From Chrysomallon squamiferum (Eukaryota > Animalia > Mollusca), in assembly GCA_012295275.1 (NCBI GenBank), contig CM022679.1, positions 17,050,001 to 17,114,000 on the forward strand: a stretch of DNA of 64,000 nt, in the 5' to 3' direction. Shown piece after piece: positions 27,701-41,856 of this stretch. Both the position numbers and the translations under genes were made by a program. Each line of letters starts with the position of its first letter. Position 1 is the stretch's first letter. The notes beneath the pieces were generated by a model. It was given only the letters and a program-made list of their open reading frames with translations. It searched no databases and had not been told where the DNA came from.

Positions 27701-30700
27701 TTTTATAAGTTGTCTAAAGTAATCATGGTAATAACAGACAGCTAATACCACGTAGAAAAGCAATTCTGTTTACTACTACAATTTGAAAACATAACTGTAA
27801 ATTAATATTTAAAATATATATATATATATATATATATTTTTTATTCTGGTCATTTTCTAAATGTACATACTTTTAATTAGTAGATTGTTTTGAAAATAGT
27901 TGTTATTTTGTTGAAATTTTTAAATCATTTAATTTCCAAAGACTTACTCAACTTACAAACACTTTGATTATATCTATTATTGTTATTTGTTTGTACATTT
28001 TACTAAACATTCATTTTTCCTTATATATATTTAGCCCTAGAAAACAATGATGAATCTGTAATGTAAAAAAAATATCTTTATTTGTTTTATACACATTTTA
28101 CATTATTATCATCAATATTTTTTTTTCTTAATATTATGAAGTATTAAAAACTATTGGTTAACTGTTTATATACTCTAATACAAATATTTTCTAAAAACTG
28201 ACTTAAACTTTGAAGAGATTTCTCATAACAAATCTGTCTAAACATATTAACACACTAAAAGGATTACATGAGGCCATGACCTGAGTGTTAATAAAAGGAT
28301 TAGGCTGACAGTGAAAATGGAGGTGGTCTTGGTACAAGTTGTTTGTACAGCATTATCCTTACACAACACTGACTGCCAGGTCTGGTCACAAACCTGCTGA
28401 CCAAATTACCTCACATCAAGCAGACAGTTCAGTCTCACTTGGTGGCCCTTTATTACCTCTATCCTCAGTGCAATTACCACTAGGTTTTAATTTTACAAAC
28501 ACTACTCTTTGACACCTGAAATAATTTATTTTAAAAATACCCCAGCCATTTCTTTTATTACTAAAGATGAATATTTATTTTAAAAAAATAAAATAAAATA
28601 AGAAACTGTGATATTACATACAATAGTAAGTATACAAATTACAACACAGACCAATACCAAATGTTAGTCTTAAACATATAAATTAGGATTGAAACCTGAT
28701 ATTAAATGCAACAATAAGAATATGGATTAGGATAAATAAGGTATAAATCATATAAGAATTAAGATAGAAAAGGGTATCCAATGCAAAGCAAGCATTTGAT
28801 AAGCAGGGAGCTGGTATCAAATGCACTAGAATAAATGAATTAGGATAGAAACAAATTTTAATGCTACAGTAAATATATAAATTAGGATGGAAACATATAT
28901 CAAATGAATCATTTTGCATCTGGTTACAGTGCAACAGTATACAAATGAATAAGGTTGAAGGTGGTATTAAATGCTAAAGCAAACATATGAATTATATCAA
29001 AACTTGTACAAATAACACTAAGCAATTGCATTAGTATGAAAGAGGACAGAAAACACATGAATTAGAACAAAACTTGCCACATACCACACAATTACTTGTG
29101 GTAGAGATAAAAGTTTGATAACATACAAACACTGTGCATTTGCTTTTGAACAACACAAAATTCCTTGCTCTATTCTGTGACATCAGAGGTAAGCAGGATC
29201 ATATTTCCATTGTCAAAGAAATATTGTAAAATATAAATGACAAGTAAATTTTGCTTTATTAAAACATGGCCAACTTGACAGTGTTGAGAGAGGACCTGAC
29301 AACATAGCATTACCTTTCTCCACCTGTCCATGTGAGACATAAATCTTTGCTATCGTAAAATCAGTATGTATTGAATAACAACCTTCCACGCTTTGATGAA
29401 AAAGCACCAAACCTCTGTGTTGTTGTCCCTACCCACTCAATGTACACCTGGCCAAGGGCAAGTAGGTGTTAAACATTTTTATTTTTTATTTTTGTATTGA
29501 TAAAAAACAAAGACATCCACTTCGCATCTGATTTATGATCAAAATAAAACATGCTTTTCTTTACTGAATAAATATAATAAAAAAATGCTAGATGTCTGAT
29601 AAATAAAAAAAGTCACCTGTCACCCCTTGTCATTCCAATGGACTCTTTCAAACATCAGGTGTGCATTTACCTGCCTGCTGAAGTTTACAATTATGCACAT
29701 GTCACTGATCCATAGACTGAATACTATGACCTCTAAATCCATGTTAGTTAAACACGATACCAGACACCAACTTTAACACAGCAGGCTTCAGGAAGACGCT
29801 TCACAATTATGAAGTGGGATTTGAAGATTTTTTTTAACCCACCAATGTTTATTCACTCAAATGAGGCCTTTTGTGTGCAAAGATAACTGACTGAAGTATA
29901 CTTAAAGATTATGAAAATAGAGTATCCTCACAGGTCACATTTTTACATTTATGTTATCAGCTTATTCTTTTGCCAGTGGAATTAACAATAAAGCTATATA
30001 ATAGATGGCATGAAGTCACTGTTAATTGTTTCATTACTACAAGATAATTGTTACCAGTGACAAATAATATTTGGTGTAGATTAATGAATGAATGAATGTT
30101 TGAAGACATTTCAATATCTTTTGTATGAAAAGTCTCCAGATGTGACAAAAATGCCTACTTACTGTTCTTAATGATATGTATTATAAAACTGGCAAAAATC
30201 GCCATATCAAAAAAGGAGACTGGATTATTATTCTTAATAACATTATGCATTATAAATTTGTTAAAAAATCCTATGTTAAAATACCATATTGATCTTAGTA
30301 AAATATATTATTAGTAAACTATCAAAAATCACCAGGGAAAACTACCAAAATAAGACCATATTATTATTCTTAATAAAAATATCGTATTCATTCCTTTAAG
30401 ACAACATGGTAAAAATATTTAATTGTTATGAAATTTATAGTTGCATTTTTAAGCAAATGTTTCAAACAGACTAAATAAATAATCAAGTGTCAGTTTTTGT
30501 TTTTTTCCTTCTTTAATGTGCAGACAGTTAAAACAACATTATTCATCTGCTGAATACTCATCTTTTAAAACACTCTGAGGAAGACAATGCTTAAAACACT
30601 GATACAAGTAACTTACAAATGTGAAACCCAGTTTAATCTTTTTCTTTTCATTAATAAGGAGAACAAATTTCAAAATAAACTGAAAACCAGAGACATTAAT

Positions 30701-31029
30701 ATTTTATTCTAATATTTAAACCAGTCCTAGATGTTTTTTTATTTCAGACATTTGACCCATAAAACAAAAACTAGAGAGAAAGATTTAATCTTCTACATAA
30801 GTAGAAAATGAGATAAAATATCAAAGAATCATTTCTTTTCTTTTCTTACAGTTCTTAAATAAAAAATCAAAACAGAAGCTATTCATCTGTTTACAGTTAA
30901 AGAATCTACAGACAATAAAATTCATCCAAGTCAGATATTATAAAATTGGCCATACTGTAAAAGATTTAACAATCTAAATTGTAATTATAAAAAGAACAAT
31001 AGTAATTAAGAAAAGATTGATGGATCTCA

Positions 31030-31310
31030 TTGTCAGTATCAATAAATCTTCCTGCCTCTTTTATTAATAGTATTAATAAATCTTCTAATAACATATTTTT
31101 GTTATATTAATAAATTGTATAACCTCATATTACTATTAATAATAAATTCAATAAATCTTACAATTTCTATTATTTTTGGTATTAATAAATCTTACAATCT
31201 ATAAATGTTTGTTAGTATCAATAAATCTTACAATTACTTTTATTGTTAGTATTAACAAATCTTACACTTTCATATTTTTGTTGGAATCAATAAATATTAC
31301 AAATATTGTA
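31030..31310. repeat. Degenerate ~30-35-bp AT-rich tandem repeat
   Basis: Recurring AT(T/C)AATAAATCTTACA core. Confidence 0.7.
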
Positions 31311-33524
31311 TTAGTGCCACAGTGTCTATAAAAAGACTGAAATCAAACTGTCAAGTTGTTTTGCACATTAATTTTTTTAATGAATATTATTGTTAAATAT
31401 GAACAACTATACTGATGCATCTGTTTTAACAAAGTGTGAAGAATTTCTAATTTCTGAACACTGCAATCTTTCATCAGTTAACAAACACTCACATACACTG
31501 CCTAGTATAAAATACTGTGACAGGAAGATTCATTGTTGTTGGATATGTGTACTGGCTTTATGGCTTATTTTGATAAATAACATTATTTATGTATTGTAGA
31601 TATTATCATGGTCATGGATGTTGGTTTGTTTTTTATTTTTATATTGTTATTAGAGAGCTGCTAGACCTACCTCATAGATGGTGTCACAAATATGAAGTCT
31701 AAGTCTGCCAGACACAATAACTACTTGCTATATATATTATGTATTCTTGTTTCACTTAAACAGTCTGGATAAACAATGTTTTATTGTTTGGTGTTATTTA
31801 AAATCTTTTCTATAATATTATCCTAACACATTATATATTACAAAGCTTTGGTTTTGGGGTAACTGTAAAACAAAATGAGTGTCTGCACTCTTAATGAGAA
31901 AATGGAATATTAAAAGTTAAATGATTACTGTAATTACCAAAAGGACAAATTTAAATTTAAAACATTTAGTCTGACAGGATATTTTGTTTCTTGATTAACA
32001 GATTTAAAGAGTAGGGTTTCAGTAGATATTCTAAATGGACTTTATTATTATTATTTGATATTTGACGTACAGTCTTCTTTTTATCATTATTGTTATTGTT
32101 GTTATTATACCACAGACAGAATGAATAGAGATTTCAGGCATTTCCAATTATTTATATGATATAATTATAACTTAACTCAATTTCAAAAATAGTACACACA
32201 CACAAACACACACACAGATACAAAAATAATAATAATAATAAAATTAAAAAAGATAAAGAATAATAAAAAAATAAAAAAAAATAAAAACATAAAAAAATAA
32301 AAGAACTAAAAATAAAAATTATAAACCAGCATTATTTGGAAGAGATGTGGTCTGTAGTTAATTATAGAAGTTATCTCAGGCACACAGATGCAGTAAGTAT
32401 GAATCCATTAAACTGAAAAGAAACAAGACACATTAATGAATCAACTGCTAGGAAAACTTTTGAATAACACGTATTTGAAATTACCCAGTTGAAAGGATAT
32501 TAGTTTGCTTTCTTTAATTAAATCCAGAGAAAACTTGGCAGAGTTTAATTTCTAGATCTAAATTAGGAAGCAGTAAGCTTTGCTGAAACAACTGGAACTG
32601 TTTAAGCACTCTGCATCATAAACTGCATTTCACACTGGCACAGTTTAAGACATTTCTGATAACTTCATTTAACATTCACATATATACAAATGTAACAATT
32701 CTTGAAGGGGTTAACTTAATAGTCTTTAGTTTTTTTAAAGGACTGTTCTTGAACCAATTAGTTAAAAGAAAGAATTTGTAATTTTTAATATTGCTGATCA
32801 CAACTTAAGAAGTGAAAAGACTTGCTTTCACAGATTAGCAATGATTAGACAGTATAGAAATCTCTCTAGGCTTAATAAGGTTGTCTGAGTTTGAGCCTGG
32901 ATATATCAAAATATATTCATCAAATTCTCATTATAAAACTTATGGCTTATGTATTTATATTGTAAACTTCTTTCTCTATATTTACTAGATGGTAGTAAGC
33001 TTCTTGCCAGAGTCATACATTATTTTCCACCATAGTATCTTAATCTAAACCAAGATGTAACTTAACTGTTTGCTTCTGGTAAAATAGTTTAGCTATAATG
33101 GAAAGGTAGAAATTACTTTAGCAAACATCTATGATTAAAAATGTTTTATAAATTTGAGTTTAAAATGATATGTTACAGTTAGAATGCGATCTACATTTCT
33201 GGTATAATAATTAAGGAAATATTTAATAGAACAATAAAGTTTTTGGTATAATGCCACTTTTTTATGGCTTTATGTCAGGTTTTTAGACCCAAGTTGAATA
33301 AGAGAAACACTTTCCTCCCCAAACATCTCCAGTATATTGCACTGAATCAAACTAAAGGCATGCAAACTTAATTACTAAATGTCTGATGTCATGCCAAATA
33401 ACAAATGGAAATATTTAGAGGAATAAATAACAAAGTGTGGTTAAACAGAAAAGGAACGCACTTTACTGTTGTTAAACCAAGTGTCACAAAATAAAACTTA
33501 CAAGAAGGGAAAAGGTTGCAGACC

Positions 33525-33878
33525 AGTGATAGAACATTCACCTGATAAGTGTCCGATTTCAGGATTAAAAGCATCATGGAGTATCCACATGACTATTTCC
33601 TGTTCTAACCAGAGAGATGGCTAAAGCTAATTGATTAGAATATTAATCATTCTTCCTCATTATAACCTTTGGAATAGTTCCCAATCTAGCCATGTCCAAT
33701 AGCTTGTTTTAATGTCATGGGAAGGTGGACATAAAAATGTTTGTTGCTGCTAACTGATAAGAGTGGACCAGAGAATGACAGTAGCAGGCCTCTTTGTTCA
33801 CTTAATGAAACAAGAAACATGATTGACACCTAATATCTGTTATTATTAAAATGTTTTGTTAAACAGTCATTCATTCTT
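33525..33878 (+). mobile_element. Decayed SINE-like element, same family
   Basis: GACTATTTCCTGTTCTAACCAG, GGGAAGGTGGACATAAAAATG..TTGCTGCTAACTGATAAGAGT and a (CATT)n tail. Confidence 0.55.
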
Positions 33879-36800
33879 TGTGACAGGAACAATGAATATT
33901 ATTTTATTTAATGTTAAGATAACTTCTCAAGTGCTTGATCACAATCTCATGAAAATAATGTATTATACCAGCATGACACTTATAAAGATAATGTCATGCT
34001 TGAAATGTCAAAAAAACAACAGCTGCAGGGCTTTATTAAAATCTAATGATGGCAGGTATAATATTGTTGTTAATACCCCTAGAGATAAATTAAGTTTTCT
34101 ATTCACAGCAGTCTATTTTAATCTACATTATGTTACGATAATTAAACAGAACTGATATCTTAATATTCTTATGTTTGACTGTTCTGTATGTTTTTAGAAA
34201 TATATATATATTACTTAGGTTTAACTGCAGACAAATTTGTTTTACATAAATGTCCCCAGAAGTCTTTTTTAATTATTGCTTATACATTTTTGTGACAAAT
34301 CAAAAACAGCTGAATGGGCAATTGCTACATTTTTGTTTCATGTCAGTAATATTATTGAAATAAACTTAAGATATTATTAACCAAAAACACAAACACATTT
34401 ATATATAAAGATTTTAAAAGATATATAAATTAAACAACCAAAAATGCTCTTTTTAAAAATTTATTTACAAAAGAAAATAAATAAATAAAAAATAAACTCT
34501 TTCATTTTAAATTATATTTAAAAACAATACCACAAAAAACAATACCACAAAAAACATATTTACAAATCAAAAATTTACATACAAAAACATGATACTGTTT
34601 GAAAATTTATTTAAACAAACCCCATTCCAAAGTTTATATACTGCTGGAAAAACAAAAAAATGTAATTGAAAATCAAACAAGACCCTGCTTATACAAAGTT
34701 AAATTATAACTGTTTCTTAATAAACAAGTGTCAAGAAAATATAAATTAGAATTTTCCTGCCATCCAGAAGACAAGCCATACTGGGTTAATCTGTAATAAA
34801 CAGTGTAAATCATATTTAAATTACTCTAGATTTCCCTCTTCACATCCAGCAACCTCTCTTCACCAAATCAATGAAAATAACAAAGTTGTTATTCTATTGT
34901 GACAATTCTGTTTTTGCAGTTTCAGGTTATGTTTAATTTTCAACACAAAAGATCTATTGTATTCATTTTGTGAGCTCAGTTTTCTCAAATAATTATTATA
35001 CATTTTGTGGAAGATGAAGGTTCATAGGGAAGTTAAACTGATCTGGTAAACAAATAAATTATTAATACACAGTAATGTTTTGTTTGTTTTTTTGATGTTT
35101 TTGATGTTGTTTTTAAATTGAAAAGAAAAAAAAGGCCCATATAAATACTAAATTTATCAAATATTTAAGAGGTTCCAAGAAAACAGTAAGACATTTTCTA
35201 ACATTATTGTTTGAAGATTAAAATTTTGAAATTGTTCTTAAAATTGTAAATTACAAATCTTTGATTCGTTTGAGATCTGTGATTATTTTAAACTTAAAAT
35301 ATTATATGCAAAACTAAGGCTTTACCTAGAGTTCCAATTATTGTTATTATATCTGCTTTTGATTGTTAAGTAATTCTTAATGATACATCTACTCTACATA
35401 CATAGGTGCAGATCTAGCATTTCAAAAAATGTATTTGAACAGCTGTTATATAAAAAAATTCTATTACCTTCTTAAATGAATATTGTGGATTCATCAGTAA
35501 TTAACTAAGAACCAACAATTAGTTTCAAACAGCTTTTCTTAATATTAACAAATCTGCAAAATCTTTAAAAGGGTTGAACATCTTCACTCCAGCAGAACTC
35601 TAGATGGGTAAAGCACTCTAACACAAGAACCAAACAATTAAAACAAGTCTGTAGCCATTTGCTGGCACACCATCAATTACCTACAAGCAGAAGCAGTAAA
35701 TTAGAAGTCAGTGAGGCAGAGAAAAGAAACAGACAGGGAGGAGGGTGGTGTGCACTCCATCACAACCATTCCAGATGCTCAATTAATTGCAGTGCTAGAA
35801 GAAATACCATTAGTCACACTGTTACTCCATGAAAGCAATCACATGCTTCCCAGTTCAGTTTATTGCCACTAAAATTTTCTTGTCCCTATTTTTCTAATTT
35901 TCCTAACACTAGTCATCCTTGTTGTTAGAATAAAAATTCAAAGATGTGTTTGTTAAATGAGAAGAAAAGTTCTGCTCAGCTGTCTGTCTGCTTTTGAGGT
36001 TGATAAATATTCTAGTAACCCGTCTGCTTTTAAAAAATAATTACTCCTTTAACTGTCTTTTTCATGGCTAAGCAACACTGTTTCATTAACAACAACAACA
36101 ACAAAAAATTGTGGTTATTTATTTACATAAAACCTACCTTTTTGCTGTGAATGTATATTTAGATTTCCTTCCAAGAACATAAGATTTGAATTATGTTTAC
36201 TACATTAAACAAAGCACTTGAAATTAATTTAAAATTGTATTTTAGCCAAAACCCATAATTTTATTGTAATATGAAAAAATTCTTAATTATAATAGTTAAT
36301 GCACTTTATCAATTTTATGTGTAAAAAAAACAAAAAAAAAAAAAAAATTGTTTTGTTTTGTTAAATCTTAATTTCAATAATCTTTATTTTAAAATTCTTA
36401 TTTATTTAGTAAAAGAATTACTGTTGTTTAAGCTTTTTGATAATTGAAAAAAATATGTTCTACATTCCTATTAAAACAATTTAACATAATAACTGATCTA
36501 TCATTATATTGCACATACTCAAACCAGTAATAATTTCTGGCATCCCCTCAGGTCAGCTGGATCTCCCCCAGGCTCAATGCCAGTGTTATCTCACTGCCTT
36601 TTTAAGACAATATTTGTTTAGTTTACACCACAAGGTCCATTAGCTAGGAGATGCACTTGAGATCAGCTAGAAGGTCGACAGTACCATGTGTACAATTATT
36701 TGTAAACCGTATCTCTTTCTTCACATATGGTCTCAAATAATTGTTCTCTCCTGTCAGTGATGACTATCTAGCTTCAAGTTCATGGGAAATCTGCTCATTT

Positions 36801-39800
36801 GTTGGGGTTTTTCTGTTGCTAGAAGACATGTTAAAAATAAAAGAGGAAAAAAGCTACTGATGTTAATTCTTTTCTTAGTGTCGGTGTAAAAAAAAAATCA
36901 TATTTCTCCTTGTTACTTCCTTTCTTTTTATTTTAGAATTTAAAGTTATTCTTCAAAACTAAAACTAAAAATAATCCATGAAAAAAAATTGCAAATATTT
37001 AATATCTGCTTAATATTTGGCATCAGATGATACATTGAACCAATGTGGTTCAAAAGATATGTGCAAATTCTTCTTGAAAGAGTTCAGATTTACTGAGTGT
37101 CCACAACACAGCTGTATTGGATCAGTTAGTGTGTGCAGTAAACAGTCAAAGGAGGGTCAGTCTGTGGAGTATTCCTACCTGTGTTTGACCAGCTAAACAA
37201 GTTCTACGTGGTCAACAATTCTCTCTTACAGTTTAGCTCATAAAAACGTAGATGTGAGCTAATGACACTGTTTGAAGTACTACACTAAATGTGAAGCCTC
37301 TGTCCAGAGTTTTACAGGACTGACAGAACATAGCTGACATTTATTGAAGGGCTGTGGTTGTGAAGTTATTTCATACAGAGAACTAGCCTAACAACATCTA
37401 TAAAATAAAATAAATATAAAATAGACACACTAATAATAATAATAATAATAAAAAAATCATTAAGAAAACAACAGTTAAAAAAGAACACTTGTGTATAATG
37501 ATATGCCTTTCTTTTAAGAAACAGAACATTTCTTTTAAACATGAATACAAACTACATTTTGTTTTTATTTTCTACCTGTTATTATTAATAAAGACAAATT
37601 TAACCCCAAGACCTCACTAAATGCCCAAAAGAGAAAAGGTGTTGTATTACTTTGTTCCTTTTTGTTTTGTTCTTTATTTATGACACCAGGGTGAGTTTTA
37701 CTAAAATCTTTAAACATCTGACATAAACAAACTACAAAGTTAACAGAAAATAATTTACATTACAGAAAAAAAAAAAAAAAATCATTGTGTTCACTTTATT
37801 TCAATTTAACTGCTGGCTTCTTGTTTCATGTTTTAGTGCACACCTGATATAAATTGCTTCTTTCAGGTCATAAGTGTCGACATTTGTGACAGGGGCAACT
37901 TTATACACATTAGTGGCACTCACACTGGTCCTTCCATTCACATTCACTCTAGCCTCTCCTCCACAGAACTAACGACTCACAGTCAGGCGATACACACAAC
38001 ACCTGACAGTCTGCAATCCAAGAGCCACACAAACAGGTGTTATGCTCAGCATGCATGTCCACATCTGCAGATATAAAAGCCAAGGCTAATGACAAGAGGA
38101 AAGAAATAACAACAAATGGAATACACAATGTGTGTAGTAATTCAATTCAGCAGGGGTGGTACTTTTTTATTTTCTTTTCTTTTTTGTACACCTGAAAAAT
38201 CATAAAAATCAATCTTGTAAATGTAAGATATGATGCATAACAGACAAGTAAAGTATGGGTGTAATAATGCTAGTGAACACAATACAGAATAGGTCTGCTT
38301 CGTTTTATAAATCAGAGGAAAAAATAAACTGCTGCCTTGTTTTACTATTGATATCTTCTTTATGTTCAAGCATATCAGTTGACTGACTGGAAATGTGATA
38401 TAGCAAAAACATAAAAATTAAAATTAAATTAGAGGCAGCAAGGAGCTGAAAGTTAGTTGTTAATGCAGTTGTGCAGCATGAACTAATTTGCTTTTTATCA
38501 CTCTGTTATTTTCTTTCCTAAAAGTCATATATAACTGTTTTGTCACATGTATTTTCTTTTTTAAATATATTAGTAGATTCATAACACTTGTTGTTGAAGT
38601 TGTAAACAGTTTTCTATGATTTTCACTGTTATCACTGACAATATAAAAACAGTGAGCTGAGATATATGCATAAAAATGATCCTATTCTGTTAAAGAACCA
38701 TTTCCTCACACACTATAACAGTACTGAGACAGATGGCTTAAAAGGTTAATCTCTTGCTTGCCCCAGACATAACAAATATGAAAAGAAAAACATCATCATA
38801 TACTGTGATAACATGATTAAAAACTGATGAAATCATTTATAAATTTTATTAATTTAAAATTATCACTTTCTCATGATTGAAATCAAGGATGATACATGTT
38901 CACATTGACTCAACATGTAAAGATGAAAACTTAAAAATTCATATAATTGATGCTTAACTACTCAAAAAATTGTCATTATTAAAAAACATGTTTTCTGGAT
39001 TATGTCAGCAAAATGGACTGTATGTAAATGGTGCATGTAAAGTATATTCTAACAGATCTGTCTGATGAATAAAAGATTTTTAAAAATAAAATTTTAAACC
39101 ATTTAAAAAATTAAATACTTGTGTTATCAACTTCAGTACTTTCCAATTTTGATCAGTATGTTTCTTTGTTTTTTGTATAACTCTTAACCTCTTACATAAT
39201 TTTAGTAGTCACAATATATTATATTATACCTGATTCTCATTTCTATTTTTTATTAGTCCAGTGTGATGCAAATGTATCATCTACTTCCACCATTTTTTAA
39301 ATTTTATTATCTTGCACCTAAAGCCATATCAGTTTGGAACAACTTCAGTTTGAATGTAGCTAAAATGAAGGAAAGTTGATCATAATCTAACCATCCATAA
39401 TTCTAATAACACACAGACATAAATTAGTCACAAAGAAGTTAAGATTCTAACACTTCAGCAAAATTACAAGAATGCCGGGAAGGCTTTCTGTCATCTGGAG
39501 GAACATTACTTTGAAAAAAGCCCAGCACATAATAATGAGATATGTACCTTATTCAAAATTAATGATAGCTTAGATCTGAGCAATCAGACCTCACACACAG
39601 ACGCTCATAAAAACTGAAAGATAAAATAAATGCATTTCTATTCTTTTAAGAAGTCAGAAATTATCAAACAGAACAGCTGCACTATAGACTGACACAAAAA
39701 TGATTTGGATAATATATCTAAATGAAGATAACAACATTTCACAGGCCTTTCTCTGTATGACTGCAGACATGTTATAATTTTAGTTAATATTCAAAAGATG

Positions 39801-41591
39801 AAAAAATACTTTTTAACTTAAAAAAAAGATAAACCAAAGATGTAGTTTGATGCATTAACAAACAGGATAAATAAATCTCCACTGATATTAGACAAAACAA
39901 AACAAGACAATATTACACATATCAAACAAATTAAATTTAACTTCGTGTTAAGTATATTAAAAGCCAAAAATTAATGTTTTTGAATTACAATTCTTAATAA
40001 AATATAAAATGTCTTATGCATTATGCAGACTCATCTTGACTCTACAAAACAAAACTTGTGTTGGTGTGGAACTAAAAACAGAGTTCGGTGCAATAAATTT
40101 ACAAAGCTTAAATAAAGAAAATATAAACACAGTAAACAAAACTTTATTGTTTAACTTGTGAGGGGAAAAAAAGCACTTGTGTATTGAAAACATTAGCTTT
40201 AACAGTGAAATCCTGTCTCAAACAGTCACTATATGCCGGTATGCAAGTGGAAAACCTAGCAACAATGTTTAACAGAGATTTGTCTGCTGCCCATGTAAAC
40301 AGTGCATGTTCTGCCCACCCTCTTTGTAAATGCTGTCCTACTCTAGCTCACTTACCATACAAGGAAAACAAAGAGTTGTTCCGCTCTTTAACAATGAAAA
40401 CCAAACAAGAGGGATTTTCATTTCTGTTGTCAGAGGTATGGCTGTCCTTGTTTGGTGTAGTTAGTTATGTGGTCAGTTTGCCCAAATGGACCTGCTCAAA
40501 GAGCCTCCTGTCCAGCAAGTGCAGATTTCAGAATGTCTTTCATGTCCTTGGATTTGAAAGGATTTCTTTCTTTAGTTCTGTTGTTTGTGTGTTTAACTGT
40601 CATTATATAAAGTCTGTTTAGTAGTAAAATCCCAGAAATTTAAGATACTTAGAACTGTACATAAATTATACTGAATACAAGACTTGAAAATGTCTGATAA
40701 TCTTCAGCATTACACCAACTATAAAAATGGCATTTACCATTTATGAAATCTGTCCCTGTATTTATATTGTATACCCACTGAAAGATTTTTCACACACACA
40801 CACAAAGAAAATCAAGGTAAAATGGTGAAAAAAAATTGGTTAAATGGTGGGTAAATTTGTATTGATATTAAAGCAACCAAAGCCTGGAGATGATTTTTAT
40901 ACATACTTTAAGAAAAATGATAAGCAAGACTATTAAAGACAAAAAACAGACAGAAAGATCAGCAGATAACAAAATGCAGGCCATCATTAAAATATGATGT
41001 AGAAAGAAAAACAGCCACTGTGACAAAAAAAACAGAGGTAGATAAAAAAAAAAGGGGAAGGATATAAAAAGTTAACCAAGAACCAAATGTACCCTTAATG
41101 TTTCAACAATAAATAATATATACATTCAGTTTGTGGACAATAAGGATTTAATTTCAGCAAGTAATAAATAAAATTAATTACCACACACATTTATCTCACA
41201 TGACTGAAAATACTGAGTGTCATTTTTCACTCATCTGTGGTTTTCAGAAGCTACAGTTACCTTAATTTAAAATATATATGCATTTTTTTTTTCCTTTTCT
41301 CATATAGCTGACAGCCATAAAATGTACTGAAATCTTCAACCATATGCTAGTGACCTGAATTTGTCAGATCCCTTTTCAAAAAATGACAGAAATTCACACA
41401 GGGAGCTGTGCAAATGACAGGAACCCAGATCCATGACAGGACATCTTTTGGCTGGAGGGTAACTGGTTCCTAACAGTACAGATGTTTTTATTTGTTTTGC
41501 TTTTCATCTCTTTCACAATTCATTTCAGTGATAAATAAGGATCATTAAACAATTTATCATACAATACTGTGACTCAACCTCACTCATTATG

Positions 41592-41856
41592 CAGTTGGTT
41601 CAGTGGTTAGATCATAAGTCTGGAGTTCAAGACTTTACAGATCAATCTTAATTAGTTAACTGTATCCCATTCTAACCTGTGCCCCATATAGTTTAATCAA
41701 ATGCTTTAGTATGTGTTTTACTGTTAATGAAAAGGTGGAGGCATCTTAATGCTAACCAATAAGATAATGAATGCTATTTTGAGCTGAAATATCACAAGAA
41801 CAATAAAACTGACATTTAACATGTGTTGAGGTATCATTAACTATTCATTCATTCTA
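41592..41856 (+). mobile_element. Decayed SINE-like element, same family
   Basis: GGTTCAGTGGTTAG head, CCCATTCTAACCTGTGCCCCA, ATGTGTTGAGGTATCATTAA and a (CATT)n tail. Confidence 0.55.

Noticed and set aside
40184-40621. 145-aa plus-strand ORF
   Set aside because: TTG start, no recognisable domain, and no convincing splice sites. More likely a non-coding GC-richer block.
41592-41660. tRNA gene
   Set aside because: Only a degenerate box-A-like head of a SINE, with no cloverleaf.
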